Assembly (NCBI GenBank): GCA_043228905.1
Contig: JBHGNT010000826.1
Location: forward strand, 1-14,943
DNA length: 14,943 nt
Origin: Azolla caroliniana
Lineage: Eukaryota > Plantae > Polypodiophyta
Direction of reading: 5' to 3'
Shown here: positions 1 to 10,219 of the stretch, in pieces
Numbering within the stretch: the stretch's first letter is position 1
How the letters are laid out: every line of letters begins with the position of its first letter
Translations under genes and position numbers: made by a program
The notes under the pieces: model-generated
Databases searched by the model: none
What the model saw: the letters and a program-made list of their open reading frames with translations, nothing else
What the model was told of the DNA's origin: nothing

Positions 1-2
1 AG

Positions 3-568
3 GTATGTGGATTTTATAGTTCGAAGGGATGCCTTTGATCCCCATTTGGAGGTGAGGATGCGCTTCTTTGAGTTCAAATAGAGGCTTTTGAGCCTGGTTA
101 ACCTTTGCCTGTTAGATCATTGCACAATGGGAAAGGTGTAGCTGTTGATGGCTGTAGTAGAATGGAACAGGCATGTTTATATATCATGGTTTATTTCTTT
201 GGTTGAATTGACCTGCTGAAAGCTTCTAAAGGAATGATGCAATCCCTATTTTTCATGTATGTCACAACCAAAAATAGATTTTCTGTAATTGAAGCGACTA
301 TGCTGGCAATTCACAAAAATTATCATACCCACAGGATATCTGTTTCCTTCTCTCTACATTAAGAGATGAGTATGTGCCTTTTCTAGTTTAAAGGGTTGCC
401 TTTGATCCTCATTTGGAGGTGAGAATTTGCCTGTTTTAGTTCAAATAGAGGCTTTTGTTGCTCGCTAGTCTCTGCTTGTTAGATCATTGCATGGAGGGAA
501 AAGTATGCTCATTGATGGCCTCAAGAAGAATAACAGTCATCCTATATTATTACAGGCCTATATTTCTT
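3..568. repeat. Diverged ~200-bp direct repeat (about 3-200 and 370-568) in SnRK2 intron
   Basis: Shared blocks gtatgtg, gcctttgatcc, atttggaggtgag, agttcaaatagaggcttttg, gttagatcattgca at an offset of about 367. Confidence 0.85.
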
Positions 569-748
569 ATATTTGTAGCCTGAGCTAATCTTGGATTTTA
601 GAATGGGAATGAAAGTTTAGGTCAGATTAAGTCCCAGAGGGCTTCATCTGCAAGCATTGTCATAGCAACTACTTTGTCTCTTAATATTGCACCATGTATT
701 TCTATGTACATGAGTTGTATGAAATTGTTTGTTATGTGTGGCATATAG

Positions 749-853
749 ATGGCAGATGTATGGTCATGTGGTGTCACGTTGTATGTGATGCTAGTGGGCG
801 CATATCCCTTTGAAGATGCAGATGATCCCGGAAACATAAAAAAAGCAATTGGG
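749..853 (+). CDS. SnRK2: SnRK2-family kinase, internal exon (105 nt)
   Basis: tag|ATG...GGG|gtgag; translates [35 protein letters not shown] (kinase subdomain IX, typical SnRK2 YPFED motif); phase 0; 105 nt matches the conserved third-last SnRK2 exon. The window begins AG|gtatgt, the likely donor of the previous exon. Confidence 0.95.
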
Positions 854-900
854 GTGAGTACAACAAATAACTTATTTTATGTTTGTGTCATTATCTGTGA

Positions 901-1103
901 CAATGCAAGCAGGTGCATATAAGTGAATTCCATGTATGATGTACATTTCAAAGGTTTTAGAGTATGCCGATGGTAATATAGATGTTTTAGTTGATCTATC
1001 ATGTGCACATGTAGCTTTTTGGATGGCACAATACTCGTATAAGAGTAAAGAGTAATGCCAATGCAGGCAGGTGCATACAAAATGAAATCCATGTGTATGT
1101 ATC
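901..1103. repeat. Short ~40-bp direct repeat (about 901-944 and 1059-1103)
   Basis: caatgcaagcaggtgcatataagtgaattccatgt vs caatgcaggcaggtgcatacaaaatgaaatccatgt. Confidence 0.7.
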
Positions 1104-1187
1104 TATGATGATGTGTGCCATTTGTGCAATATGCTGCCTTTCATGCATTCATATGATACTTTTTGTTTGTTATGGTTTATTCTGCAG

Positions 1188-1286
1188 CGCATCATGAAGG
1201 CCCAGTACACCATTCCAAGCTATGTTCAGATATCTCCGGAATGCAGTCATTTACTCTCCCTCATTCTGGAGGCTGACCCATCCAAG
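1188..1286 (+). CDS. SnRK2: SnRK2-family kinase, penultimate exon (99 nt)
   Basis: tgcag|CGC...AAG|gtgag; RIMKAQYTIPSYVQISPECSHLLSLILEADPSK; 99 nt, phase 0, the conserved SnRK2 exon size. Confidence 0.95.
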
Positions 1287-1746
1287 GTGAGAATGTGGGT
1301 GGTGAATATATCATCGTATTGCTATTCTTCCTGTGGTTATGAGTTAAGATTGAGATATTAGGGTGGTCTACCTTTATTGCCATCCTTATAGGATCTGCAT
1401 TTTGAGACCATTAGTATTAGCACAACTCACGATATGTTACGAATAACACTTTGTACTGACCCCACTAGAGCCCAATGCCATACTCGATGAAGATGATGCC
1501 ACCACCAACGGCATTTTGATGCTTCATCATCATCATCCCTTGCACAAGGTTGTAAGCTTCACTGCCTATATAGCATAATCATGCACTAATCTGTATTATT
1601 TGAAGGTACATGATGGCTGTTGACTTCTGTAATCAAGCATTGGTTCCATGTTGGTTTGGGAACACAATACCATGAATTTCCATCAATCATATGTTCCTTG
1701 GTGCGTTGTGGAGTATATGATTGACTATGAAGTATTTGTGCTGCAG

Positions 1747-2118
1747 AGGATAACAATACCTGAAATACTGTGCCATCAATGGTTCACAAAGAATCTACCA
1801 AGGGATCTAGCATTAGGATCCAACCCGATTTATGATAACGACAGGGAGGATCAACCAGCACAAAGCTTAGAGGAGGTGATGCGCATACTAAACGAAGCAA
1901 GAATGGTGCATCATGCTCCTCACGGCTCACTGCCTCTCATTGACATCAATGATGATGCGGACGAATGGGAAGAAAAAGACCCAATTCCTGATATAATATA
2001 TGAGGCTGAGACAGAAGATGAGGCAGACGTGGAGTCTGAATTCGAGATGGACGAGGTTGAATATTTTGATGTAGAGGAGTGCTGTGAATTTGACAATCCC
2101 TCCACCAACATGAGGTGA
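1747..2118 (+). CDS. SnRK2: SnRK2-family kinase, last exon (end of kinase domain, SnRK2 box, acidic tail)
   Basis: ctgcag|AGG; RITIPEILCHQWFTKNLP, SnRK2 box QSLEEVMRILNEAR, long D/E-rich tail, TGA at 2116-2118. Confidence 0.93.
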   Translation, partial: RITIPEILCHQWFTKNLPRDLALGSNPIYDNDREDQPAQSLEEVMRILNEARMVHHAPHGSLPLIDINDDADEWEEKDPIPDIIYEAETEDEADVESEFEMDEVEYFDVEECCEFDNPSTNMR

Positions 2119-2490
2119 CTCCTCATTTTTCTGCATGCTAGTTGATACATTTTTTAAGTTTTTTGAGATTGTAGACATCATCCTTTAGGAATTAATATGT
2201 CTTAGAACAACCCGAAATGTGCTCTCATTCAATAACATAATGAATTTCCTATCAAATTTGTAATGTTTTCTCGTAATATCTATTATTTCAGTGCATGAAA
2301 AGGAAACTCAAACGATCAGTAAAGAACAATTTGCAAAACACTGGATTGACCCAGTGGTTTGTTGATGGCCACATGGGTTGTTTGATGGATAGCTATGGTT
2401 TGGACATAGACCTGTTTGAACTCCCCATTGACTTCTTAGTAGACTTTTCAAAGCTAGCCACCATGTCCAAATCATAAGCATGGAGATCAT

Positions 2491-2709
2491 GGTCATGGTA
2501 TGGGACATAGGCATTCTTCATGGCTAATGATCATTGGTCAATCTCTGGCCTGGTGACACTGAAAGGTGGTTATGGTATGGGACATAGACATTCGTAATGG
2601 CTAATGATCATTGATCAATTTCTGGCCTCATGACACTGAAAGGTGTTCATGGTATGGAACATAGGCATTCTTCATGTTGTCAATCTCTGGCCTCATGACA
2701 CTAAAGGTG
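2491..2709. repeat. 77-bp tandem repeat, 3 copies (third has an internal deletion)
   Basis: atggtatgg(g/a)acatag at 2495, 2572 and 2649; each unit ends tctggcct..tgacact.aaaggtg. Confidence 0.92.
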
Positions 2710-3097
2710 ATTTGTATGACCATTGCAAAGGTAAGCATTTGATTCATGAATTTAGCTGTGGTTGACATGAGGTAAATAGAAGGAAGAACATACGGAAATC
2801 GCAAGGAATCCATAGATATTTTCTTGTAAGTTGTACATTTTTACCGTCCGTGTGGAATATATATAGGCTTAATCTCTCTCACAACACTAGAGTATGTCCA
2901 TACTAAGGGTGAACGATAAAAGAAAATGCTCAAAGTTGTTTTTATTGTATCACCCTCTTTCATACTATCCCTACGTTCTTTATTGATCCTTGATTTCTAT
3001 TATCTGAACTTCACCCAACATATTTTAATAAACATGTTGAAACAAAGAGATTGAAGCTAACTCCTTACTGAACAAGAAACACAAATGGCTAAGCACA

Positions 3098-3892
3098 ATG
3101 ATTAAAGAAGCAACAAATTTACTTCTTTTGGTCATTTCATTTCTTGTTGGTTTTTGTGAACCCTTTACACCTGAAGATGACCTTGGGAATAATGACAAGT
3201 AAACAATACGAGCTTTATGTATGGTATGCCATGATGAACTCGGGAAAATTGAAACATCAATAAAAATCTTTAGCTATGGTAAGTCAATTTTCTTGTTATT
3301 ATGATTATTATTATATTTAATGTGATAACAGGGAGTGCAAGAATTTCAATACATTTTTGTCCTGATAAAAAACTTCATTTATTTGCACTGCATGCAGTGA
3401 CAATGAAAGTTTTCAAAATCGAGAGTTCAACATCGACATCATGAAATATTTTCGATATCTCTTTTTCGTTGTTCGATGGAGTGGCAAGGTAATCTGGAAC
3501 TTTTCTAAGTTTCGTTGAGAAGCTTGATGAAAAGGCCCTCGAAGTAACAACCATTTTTTGGTGTGAAGATTATGGTTTAACCATTGGAGCATCCCATATT
3601 TTAAATATGTTAGCATGCATAGTCTTAATTTTTGAGAAATTCAATCTCGTTAACCATCAGATGAAATTTCATTCTTTAACCTCGAAGCTTGAAACTTTGA
3701 CCATTACCTCAAAGTTGTTAAAATATGTACAAATGTGCCATAAACACAATATTTCCAGCAATGTAAAAACTTGGTGAACAGATGGCTGTGGAAAGACTGT
3801 TTTATTGTATTCATATGGTTTGGATAATTATCCTAGACTCTTTCCATTTGCAACAATGTTTAAATTCATAACCCTCATATTAGTGACACAAG
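3098..3892 (+). pseudogene. Putative relic of a signal-peptide protein gene, family unidentified (candidate exons 3098-3278, 3398-3892)
   Basis: ATG plus hydrophobic leader LLLLVISFLVGFC, donor G|gtaagt, acceptor tgcag, donor AG|gtatgt, all phase 1; only 4 stops in about 225 codons of AT-rich DNA. Confidence 0.35.
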
Positions 3893-4094
3893 GTATGTAT
3901 TAATCACAGGTCTTTAATCCCTGTATATTTTCTTCGTTATCTTTGCTCATTTGTCATTGTTCTATCCATCTGACTCTGCTTTGAGCATTGGATCCCAATG
4001 TTTGGTCTAGTATCATTGTACCCTATTTTATCATCTATATATCCCAGTTGAATATGACTCAAAACTCTCTAATAAAGAGTTCACAGTTAAATTC

Positions 4095-4424
4095 TATCAT
4101 GTAAATGGTTATATCAATGTCATCCGATGAAACAAGAATCGTTCAAAATTACAGAGCCAATGTGACTTTAGTGGCATTTGTTTGTAATGTTTGGCATATA
4201 TAGCATCACAGCTATCAATATCGAATTCTTGAAGAAAATGTAATACATTAAATTATTAATATCGTGTAAATGGTTACATCAATGTCATCCACAATGAAAC
4301 AAGAATAGTCCAAAATTACAGAGCCAATGCGACTTTAGTGGCATTTGTTTGGAATGTTTGGCGTATCATCACAGCTACCAATATCGCATTCTTGAAGAAA
4401 ATGTAATACATTAAATTATTAATA
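4095..4424. repeat. ~165-bp tandem duplication
   Basis: gtaaatggtta at 4101 and 4266; both copies end ttcttgaagaaaatgtaatacattaaattattaata. Confidence 0.93.
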
Positions 4425-4693
4425 GTCACAGAAGCACAAAGGCAAATTGACTAAACTCTTAACACATTAATACGAATATAATTAATGACAAAAGTTCCAG
4501 GATTTTGATCAACTTTCCTCCCTTTTTATAAAAAAGAAACTTGTAAATGCCGAGGGTTTTCTTTAGCGGGCCTCTTTTACTGAGGAGAAAACATATTAGG
4601 AAAGAATGTTTCAGATAAGATTCAAGCTACAATTTCATACTGTGAAACAACTAGCTTACAAAGAGGTAATATTGTTGTTAGCATAAAGTACTC

Positions 4694-4890
4694 CATTTTG
4701 ATTGCGAGACAAACAGTCAACATACAATGGTCTACTATCTGGTTATACTTTATTGGTTAGATTGTTACAGCAAACATGTTCCCATATAGTTCAGAGCTAA
4801 CATTTTGATTGTGAGACAGACACTCTACATACAATGGTCTACCATCTGGTTATACTTTATTGTTATATTGTTACAGCATACAAGTTCCCA
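4694..4890. repeat. 107-bp tandem duplication
   Basis: cattttgattg at 4694 and 4801; shared catacaatggtctac.atctggttatactttattg. Confidence 0.92.
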
Positions 4891-5334
4891 CTACAATAAA
4901 TATTTACTCCTTTCTATATAGCAATCCTCGTGAATAGAGGGTTGTCTTTAGCAAACCTCTAGGTAGGTTCCAATAAGGAGAAAACCTGAAACAATGTTTA
5001 GCTATACGAAGCCACAAATGAATTCTTTCTCATAATTTATTGCTCAACATCATCAATCATCAACAACTGTGAAACAACTACCTTACAAAAATGTAAGATT
5101 AGGTCAAAATTGGATTTGCTCTAGCACTCATTAAAATGAGCAATTTTGTACACATACTTTCCATTTAATTTCCCAATTTTGTTCGAGACTGAGAATATAT
5201 CATTTCTTAAAAATAAAGGCATTTCCAGAACTTCAATTGATACACTTCGGTCTGGAGGTTGTATGACATGTCACTTTCATCTTGGCAAGACAATTACCAC
5301 GGGAGAAGATTTCATTTCACCATCATGATACCCA

Positions 5335-5521
5335 TCACTTGGTTGCAGTACCAACTTTCCGTTTGAGTGATCTAACCATCAGTGAAAGCTCTTGTTTATC
5401 TTTCTTCTGTATAACTTTGACATCTTCGTCATTTGTTCCACCTTTCTGATTGCTTACTTCGTGGACTTGCGACAGATGTTTCTGTTGCTTTTGCACAAGA
5501 TTTCTCAAGTTTGCAGCAGAT
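5335..5521 (-). CDS. ESF1: ESF1 exon 7 of 7
   Basis: acag|A TCT; SAANLRNLVQ...ELSLMVRSLKRK..K*; phase is consistent with exon 6; TGA at 5337-5335. Confidence 0.9.
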
Positions 5522-5731
5522 CTGTGAATCAAATTCATAAAATCAATCATACATAAACGATATCAAATTCATGACGTACATGCATAATGTTACAATAATG
5601 CTAACTTTTCAAGCACATCAATCAAAAGATTATATACACAAATACAATGTGCCAACAATAACGTTAATCTTTCGAACTCTACCAATAAAAAATGTACACA
5701 TACGACCATTCAAGTCTATAATAATACAAAC

Positions 5732-6543
5732 CTTTTGAACTCGGGTTCAGTGGGATCAATTGCATAACGGTGAGAAGTAAAAAGTGCTGAAAATCGTGGA
5801 TCATCATAATTAACAGTAGGAAGCTTCTCTGATATATTTTCCTTGTCCTTTCTTTTGTCTTTCTGAGTTTTCTTTAAATTGTAACCTTTCACTCCATGAT
5901 TACCACCATGTTCATCCGTAAGAAGCAATTCAAGTTCTGCTCTGCTCTTCTCTTCTACAAGTTTCTTTTCCTTTAGTTTGGCTTTCTTTTTAGAGATTTT
6001 TTCCTTTATAGGTGGAATAGCATGGAACTCTCCGTCAGAAGATGACGCCATACTATCCTCAAAATCTCCTTCATCTCCTGACTTAAAGAACGGATCATCG
6101 AAATTGGTTTGCTCATGAGAGAAGTATGGATCATCTCCAGCTTCTATATCATCTGCACTTGTCTCATCGTCAGCATGTTTATCCTGCTTCTGTGCTTTCC
6201 TTTTCTCTTTTCTTTTTCTCAAGTAGGTTTCCCACACAGTCTCATTGTCATTCTTGTTTTTGTTCTTTTCCATAAGTCGTTTGCTTAAGTCTTCAAGTCC
6301 ACTATTAAAAGTGATCTCCATATCCTTATTGTTATCCTTGTCACTATCCTTACTATCTGAGTCATCTGCAGATATATTGCTTGATCCAAGCAATAGTGCA
6401 CGATATTTGTCCCTTGCAGAGATTTTCTTGTTTCTGTTTGGTTTACCATCATCAAGACATGGCTCACCATTACAGTCATCTTCCTCTGATTCATCACTAG
6501 AGGCATCTGATGCAAGATATGCCTTGAAATCCATTTCGTTGAG
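5732..6543 (-). CDS. ESF1: ESF1 exon 6 of 7 (includes NUC153-type motif)
   Basis: tgcag|CTC; DFKAYLASD, DMEITFNSGL, ETVWETYL, AELELL, DDPRFSALFTSHRYAIDPTEPEFK; 812 nt, ends phase 2. Confidence 0.94.
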
Positions 6544-6686
6544 CTGCAAAATGTATATCTCACATGTTAACTTCTTGGATACAGAGATCGAATAGCTGTG
6601 TCAATATACATATATCAAGCAAGCCCATATGACATATACTATACATTGTTTTGAAATCAATTTGTGTTTTAACTTTCAGTCTCCTT

Positions 6687-6886
6687 AGACTTCTATAAAC
6701 TGGATCATGTCAGCTTCTAGGTTGCAGAGTATGAGTAAATGCACAAACTTTCAAAAACATTTTTATGATCCTCAGATTTCAATACACTGCATCATCTCAG
6801 CTCCTAGAGGTTGCAGAGTTTGAGTAAATGTGCTTACTTTCAAAATTAGTTTTATGATACATAGATTTCTATTGAACAGATCATGT
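6687..6886. repeat. ~88-bp tandem repeat, about 2.3 copies, ESF1 intron 5
   Basis: ggttgcagagt.tgagtaaatg...actttcaaaa...ttttatgat repeated; a partial third unit follows. Confidence 0.85.
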
Positions 6887-7189
6887 TTCTCATAAAGGCT
6901 AGAGCCTTGTTGGTGATTAGAAGAGGAAAAGGGAGCTTAACATTGTGGATTGAGTATCAAACAAACCTTACGTCAAATAAGCCAAATTGACTGATTATAA
7001 TCAGCTGGTGGAATTTCAATTAGCGGTGGTACATTTTTCCACTTTACAAAGAATCTACAAACCCAAATAACTACACATGGATTAAGCAAGAGCATCTTCT
7101 TCATTTCAAAAGAGAAAAAACCCAGAAATGTTAACATCCTTCTAGCTTTTGTAACCAAAAAACATGCATCTGTCATATTTTTCTCTCAC

Positions 7190-7318
7190 CTGGTCAGCAT
7201 TGAACTTTTGGTGTAGCTTCTTCACTCTCTCTGTCTCATCGTCATCCCAAGTGAGTTTAACCTTACTGTGTTGCAATGCATGGGTCTCGAATGTCGGAGC
7301 TTGGTAATCACCTGGAAC
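7190..7318 (-). CDS. ESF1: ESF1 exon 5 of 7 (not in ORF track)
   Basis: ccag|GTT...CAG|gtgag; VPGDYQAPTFETHALQHSKVKLTWDDDETERVKKLHQKFNADQ (conserved ALQHSKVxLTWD); 129 nt. Confidence 0.93.
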
Positions 7319-7672
7319 CTGGTTTTACAGCCTCCTCAGTACTAATCAGCACATATTTCTCTAAGGAAGCACAAATTCAATAAAATCTGTTCAAATCTGT
7401 CATTTATGTCTGGAAACCATAACCATACTCTCAATCTAATGGCAAGCATAAAGCCTTGCTACTTAAAACATTACCCATAACCTAAAGGTAAAACATAACG
7501 ATTTAAAAATGTTCACTGACATGATGATTCAATGTATCTGCATGATCTAGACATTTGAAGGACTGAAATAAGCAGATGCTTCCATTCTAGCTAGTTGAAG
7601 AGGACGAACCTAGATTCCACTATGGGCCTCCACAGATGAAGGTCTTAGTGAATGGTTCCTTTCTTCATGTTA

Positions 7673-7892
7673 GGTCAGTGTTGAGCTCGTAATATGCTCC
7701 TGAACAAGGAAATAAGTTCGTTGATTCTTCTTTCAGGAGTCAAACTATTCTAGCTGGTGGAAGAGGACCTACACTCTAGCGTGGTCAGTGTTGAGCTCGT
7801 AATATGCTCCTGAACAAGGAAATAAGTTTGTTGATTCTTCTTTCAGGAGTCAAACTATTCTAGCTGGTGGAAGAGGACCTACACTCTAGCGT
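7673..7892. repeat. 110-bp near-perfect tandem duplication, ESF1 intron 4
   Basis: ggtcagtgttgagctcg at 7673 and 7783; only one difference seen (agttcg vs agtttg). Confidence 0.95.
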
Positions 7893-8526
7893 GATAGTAA
7901 TCTTTATTCATCAATGACAATGGTGATGGGGTCGTGGTCCACATAGCCTTCATAGACCACACATTGCTATTGTGAACTATTATAACCCCTTTTGAATGTT
8001 GTGCGCAAGAAGCCACTCATGTTGTTGATTGACTTGTATCATGAGTGATGGAGCAAGAACAGCCCAAGCCTAAGCAAGGGAATCCTCCCGAGGACAAGCT
8101 TGGCCATCAATATCAAATGACTTAGGAAGCATCACTTTCCTCAGCTTTATAATGAGAAAGAAAGAAGCAGAGAGAAAATAAGAGAAGTTGCTACTTGGTT
8201 TTGTTACTTGTATATTTACTCAGGACATCAATTGGCACCTGGACAGAAACGTTCGAAACTACAACGAAAAAACTCTGAGCACTATTAACAAAGTTCCTCT
8301 CAAGTCTTTAGTTCATGATGTTTTCAATTGCAACACATGATTTTTGAGATTAGACTTAACGCCTTCAAGATTTTAATTTCTAGATAAAGTCATGAACATT
8401 TCTGATATATATTGCCACCTCAGTCTAAGATGCATTAATAGACAATCTAAAGTAAAACAATTATTGCTTTTGAAAAATCTATTGGCATTTACAAACTATG
8501 CTATAGTATAATGGGAAATAAACTAC

Positions 8527-8689
8527 CTCTTCTGCGCTATCCCTTGGATCATTTGTAAATTCCATATCATCTGGAACAAAGCGTAAGTCTAAGGTATTTG
8601 ATGAGCGCTCAAACTCCATTCCATCACAAGCCTTGTAAAGAAAACCAGCAGTAGCACTGGAATTGCAGTTCACAACAGCATAATAGTAC
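8527..8689 (-). CDS. ESF1: ESF1 exon 4 of 7
   Basis: gcag|G TAC; YYYAVVNC...CDGMEFERSSNTLDLRFVPDDMEF...; 163 nt restores phase 0; donor GAG|gtagtt. Confidence 0.94.
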
Positions 8690-9013
8690 CTGCATTAAGG
8701 CAACTATATGATATCAAAACTTAAAAATATATGTTCAGGTATAAGTATATAGACACAAGCACATAGACAGATAGATAATAAAAAACATACATGCACTTGT
8801 ATGTACATCAGTAGTACCAATGCGATTTATCATATATGTGTATTTATATATTAGCATTGTTATGTAACTTGCATGAGCAAATCAATCACGTACAAGAAAC
8901 CTCTCATCTCATAAATCCAGCATCCATTCCAAGCACCTTTTTCCATTTTTAGCTTTAATTTCATTCTCATTTCCTTTCTTGTTTATTTCCATAGTCAAAA
9001 AGCTAAAAGAGAC

Positions 9014-9237
9014 CTGAGCTTTGCTATTTCATATCGCCGAAGCCGTTCATTAATTATCTCTTGATCTTCCACTTGTTCATCTCCATCATCATTATCAGCT
9101 CCAGAGAATATCTGTGGACCACGTTTCTCCTCTTCTTTCATCTGTTCAAGTCCAAATTCAGATGGATAAACAGTCACTGACAGAATCTGTCCACCCTTTG
9201 GTAGAAATGAGCTCATCACAGCCAATATATCCACAGC
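9014..9237 (-). CDS. ESF1: ESF1 exon 3 of 7
   Basis: acag|GCT; AVDILAVMSSFLPKGGQILSVTVYPSEFGLEQMKEEEKRGP...LRRYEIAKL; 224 nt, ends phase 2 (AG|gt). Confidence 0.93.
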
Positions 9238-9327
9238 CTGTAAAGTGAGAAAAAGGTAAAGAAAACCATATATAAATACCGCCTCAGGTTTGACATCAAT
9301 ATAAATACTAGTCAACAATATAAGAAC

Positions 9328-9411
9328 CTTGATGTGATCCCAATCCATATTGACTAAGGCGAGTCTTCTCGTCTCTGTAAGAGTGGTTGGTATTTTCTCA
9401 TCTTCTGCCTC
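9328..9411 (-). CDS. ESF1: ESF1 exon 2 of 7
   Basis: ccag|GAG...AAG|gt; EAEDEKIPTTLTETRRLALVNMDWDHIK (conserved TxRLAxVNMDWD); 84 nt. Confidence 0.93.
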
Positions 9412-10219
9412 CTGGAATGGTCACACATTAGATATACAAGAACCACCAATCCAAGAATTGGAACATTAATCTCAGGACTATATAGTCACTCAATGTGGAA
9501 TTACGTAAACACTTTCGAAGTGCAATGATATGAAAATTCAAAATGCACTTAGAATACTTATGTTATCAGTATAAAATGGATGTATGCAGCAATAGGGCAT
9601 CAGTAGTTCCAAACGTAGCCAAAGAATGGAAAGGATTCTCATAGAGTGCTGGTGGTTTTTTGCATGTAGTAAAGACAACTACTGTGTAGTTCTATGAGTA
9701 CAAACAGAAGATCTCTGTCTTACTTCTTATGTTATGACTTATTGCATTATACTGGTCAAGTCATCTGCAGGTAAGTAAACAGCTTGAATGCAAGTTAAGG
9801 ATCCTTCTTTAGTTGAGGTAATTCTATCCTGCAGAGTTCCCATCTCTGTACTAAGCGTGGGATCCTGCTGTGAGATATGCACAAGATACATGTGGAACCA
9901 TCATATTTGCAGACCATTGATGGACAGATTGAATCAGCCATCCAAAATTGACTTCAGTCATTATAGATATCTTATGTTTTTTTCCCATTTCTATTTCTGT
10001 TTCCTTCTAGCACCCGATTATTCTATTTTTAGTGAGTCTGAAACAACTCCTCATCCAGGAAAAGAGATATGTCTGGTGACAATACTGTACTGTAAACAAC
10101 CGGATAAGAATAATTGACAGCATCGCTCTGGTTTCCACGTCTAATCTGGTAGACGTATACAAACATTTGTATATGTTCGCGTATAATACACAATATTCGT
10201 TTCAATTTTTTTTAGGGAA

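Noticed and set aside
1485-1540. Small hairpin gatgaag...cttcatc in SnRK2 intron (miRNA-like?)
   Set aside because: Stem is short, interrupted and built from GAT/CAT low-complexity triplets.
1920-2181. - strand ORFs over the SnRK2 tail
   Set aside because: Antisense shadows of acidic codons.
2491-2709. CRISPR-like appearance of regular repeats
   Set aside because: Eukaryotic context; whole units repeat with no unique spacers.
6245-6595. + strand 116-aa ORF
   Set aside because: Antisense shadow of K/D/E-rich ESF1 exon 6; S/L/F-rich with no independent signal.
7843-7914. Possible intronic box C/D snoRNA on the ESF1 strand (TTGATGA...CTGA)
   Set aside because: Non-consensus C box, no clear terminal stem, straddles a recent duplication, and the pre-D segment is not recognisably complementary to rRNA; snoscan/Infernal would settle it.
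7900-8240. Possible Gypsy retroelement relic (YEGYVDHDPITIVID on -, resembling a retropepsin start)
   Set aside because: No DSG catalytic motif, multiple stops, and no LTR pair or convincing PBS; too weak without a search.
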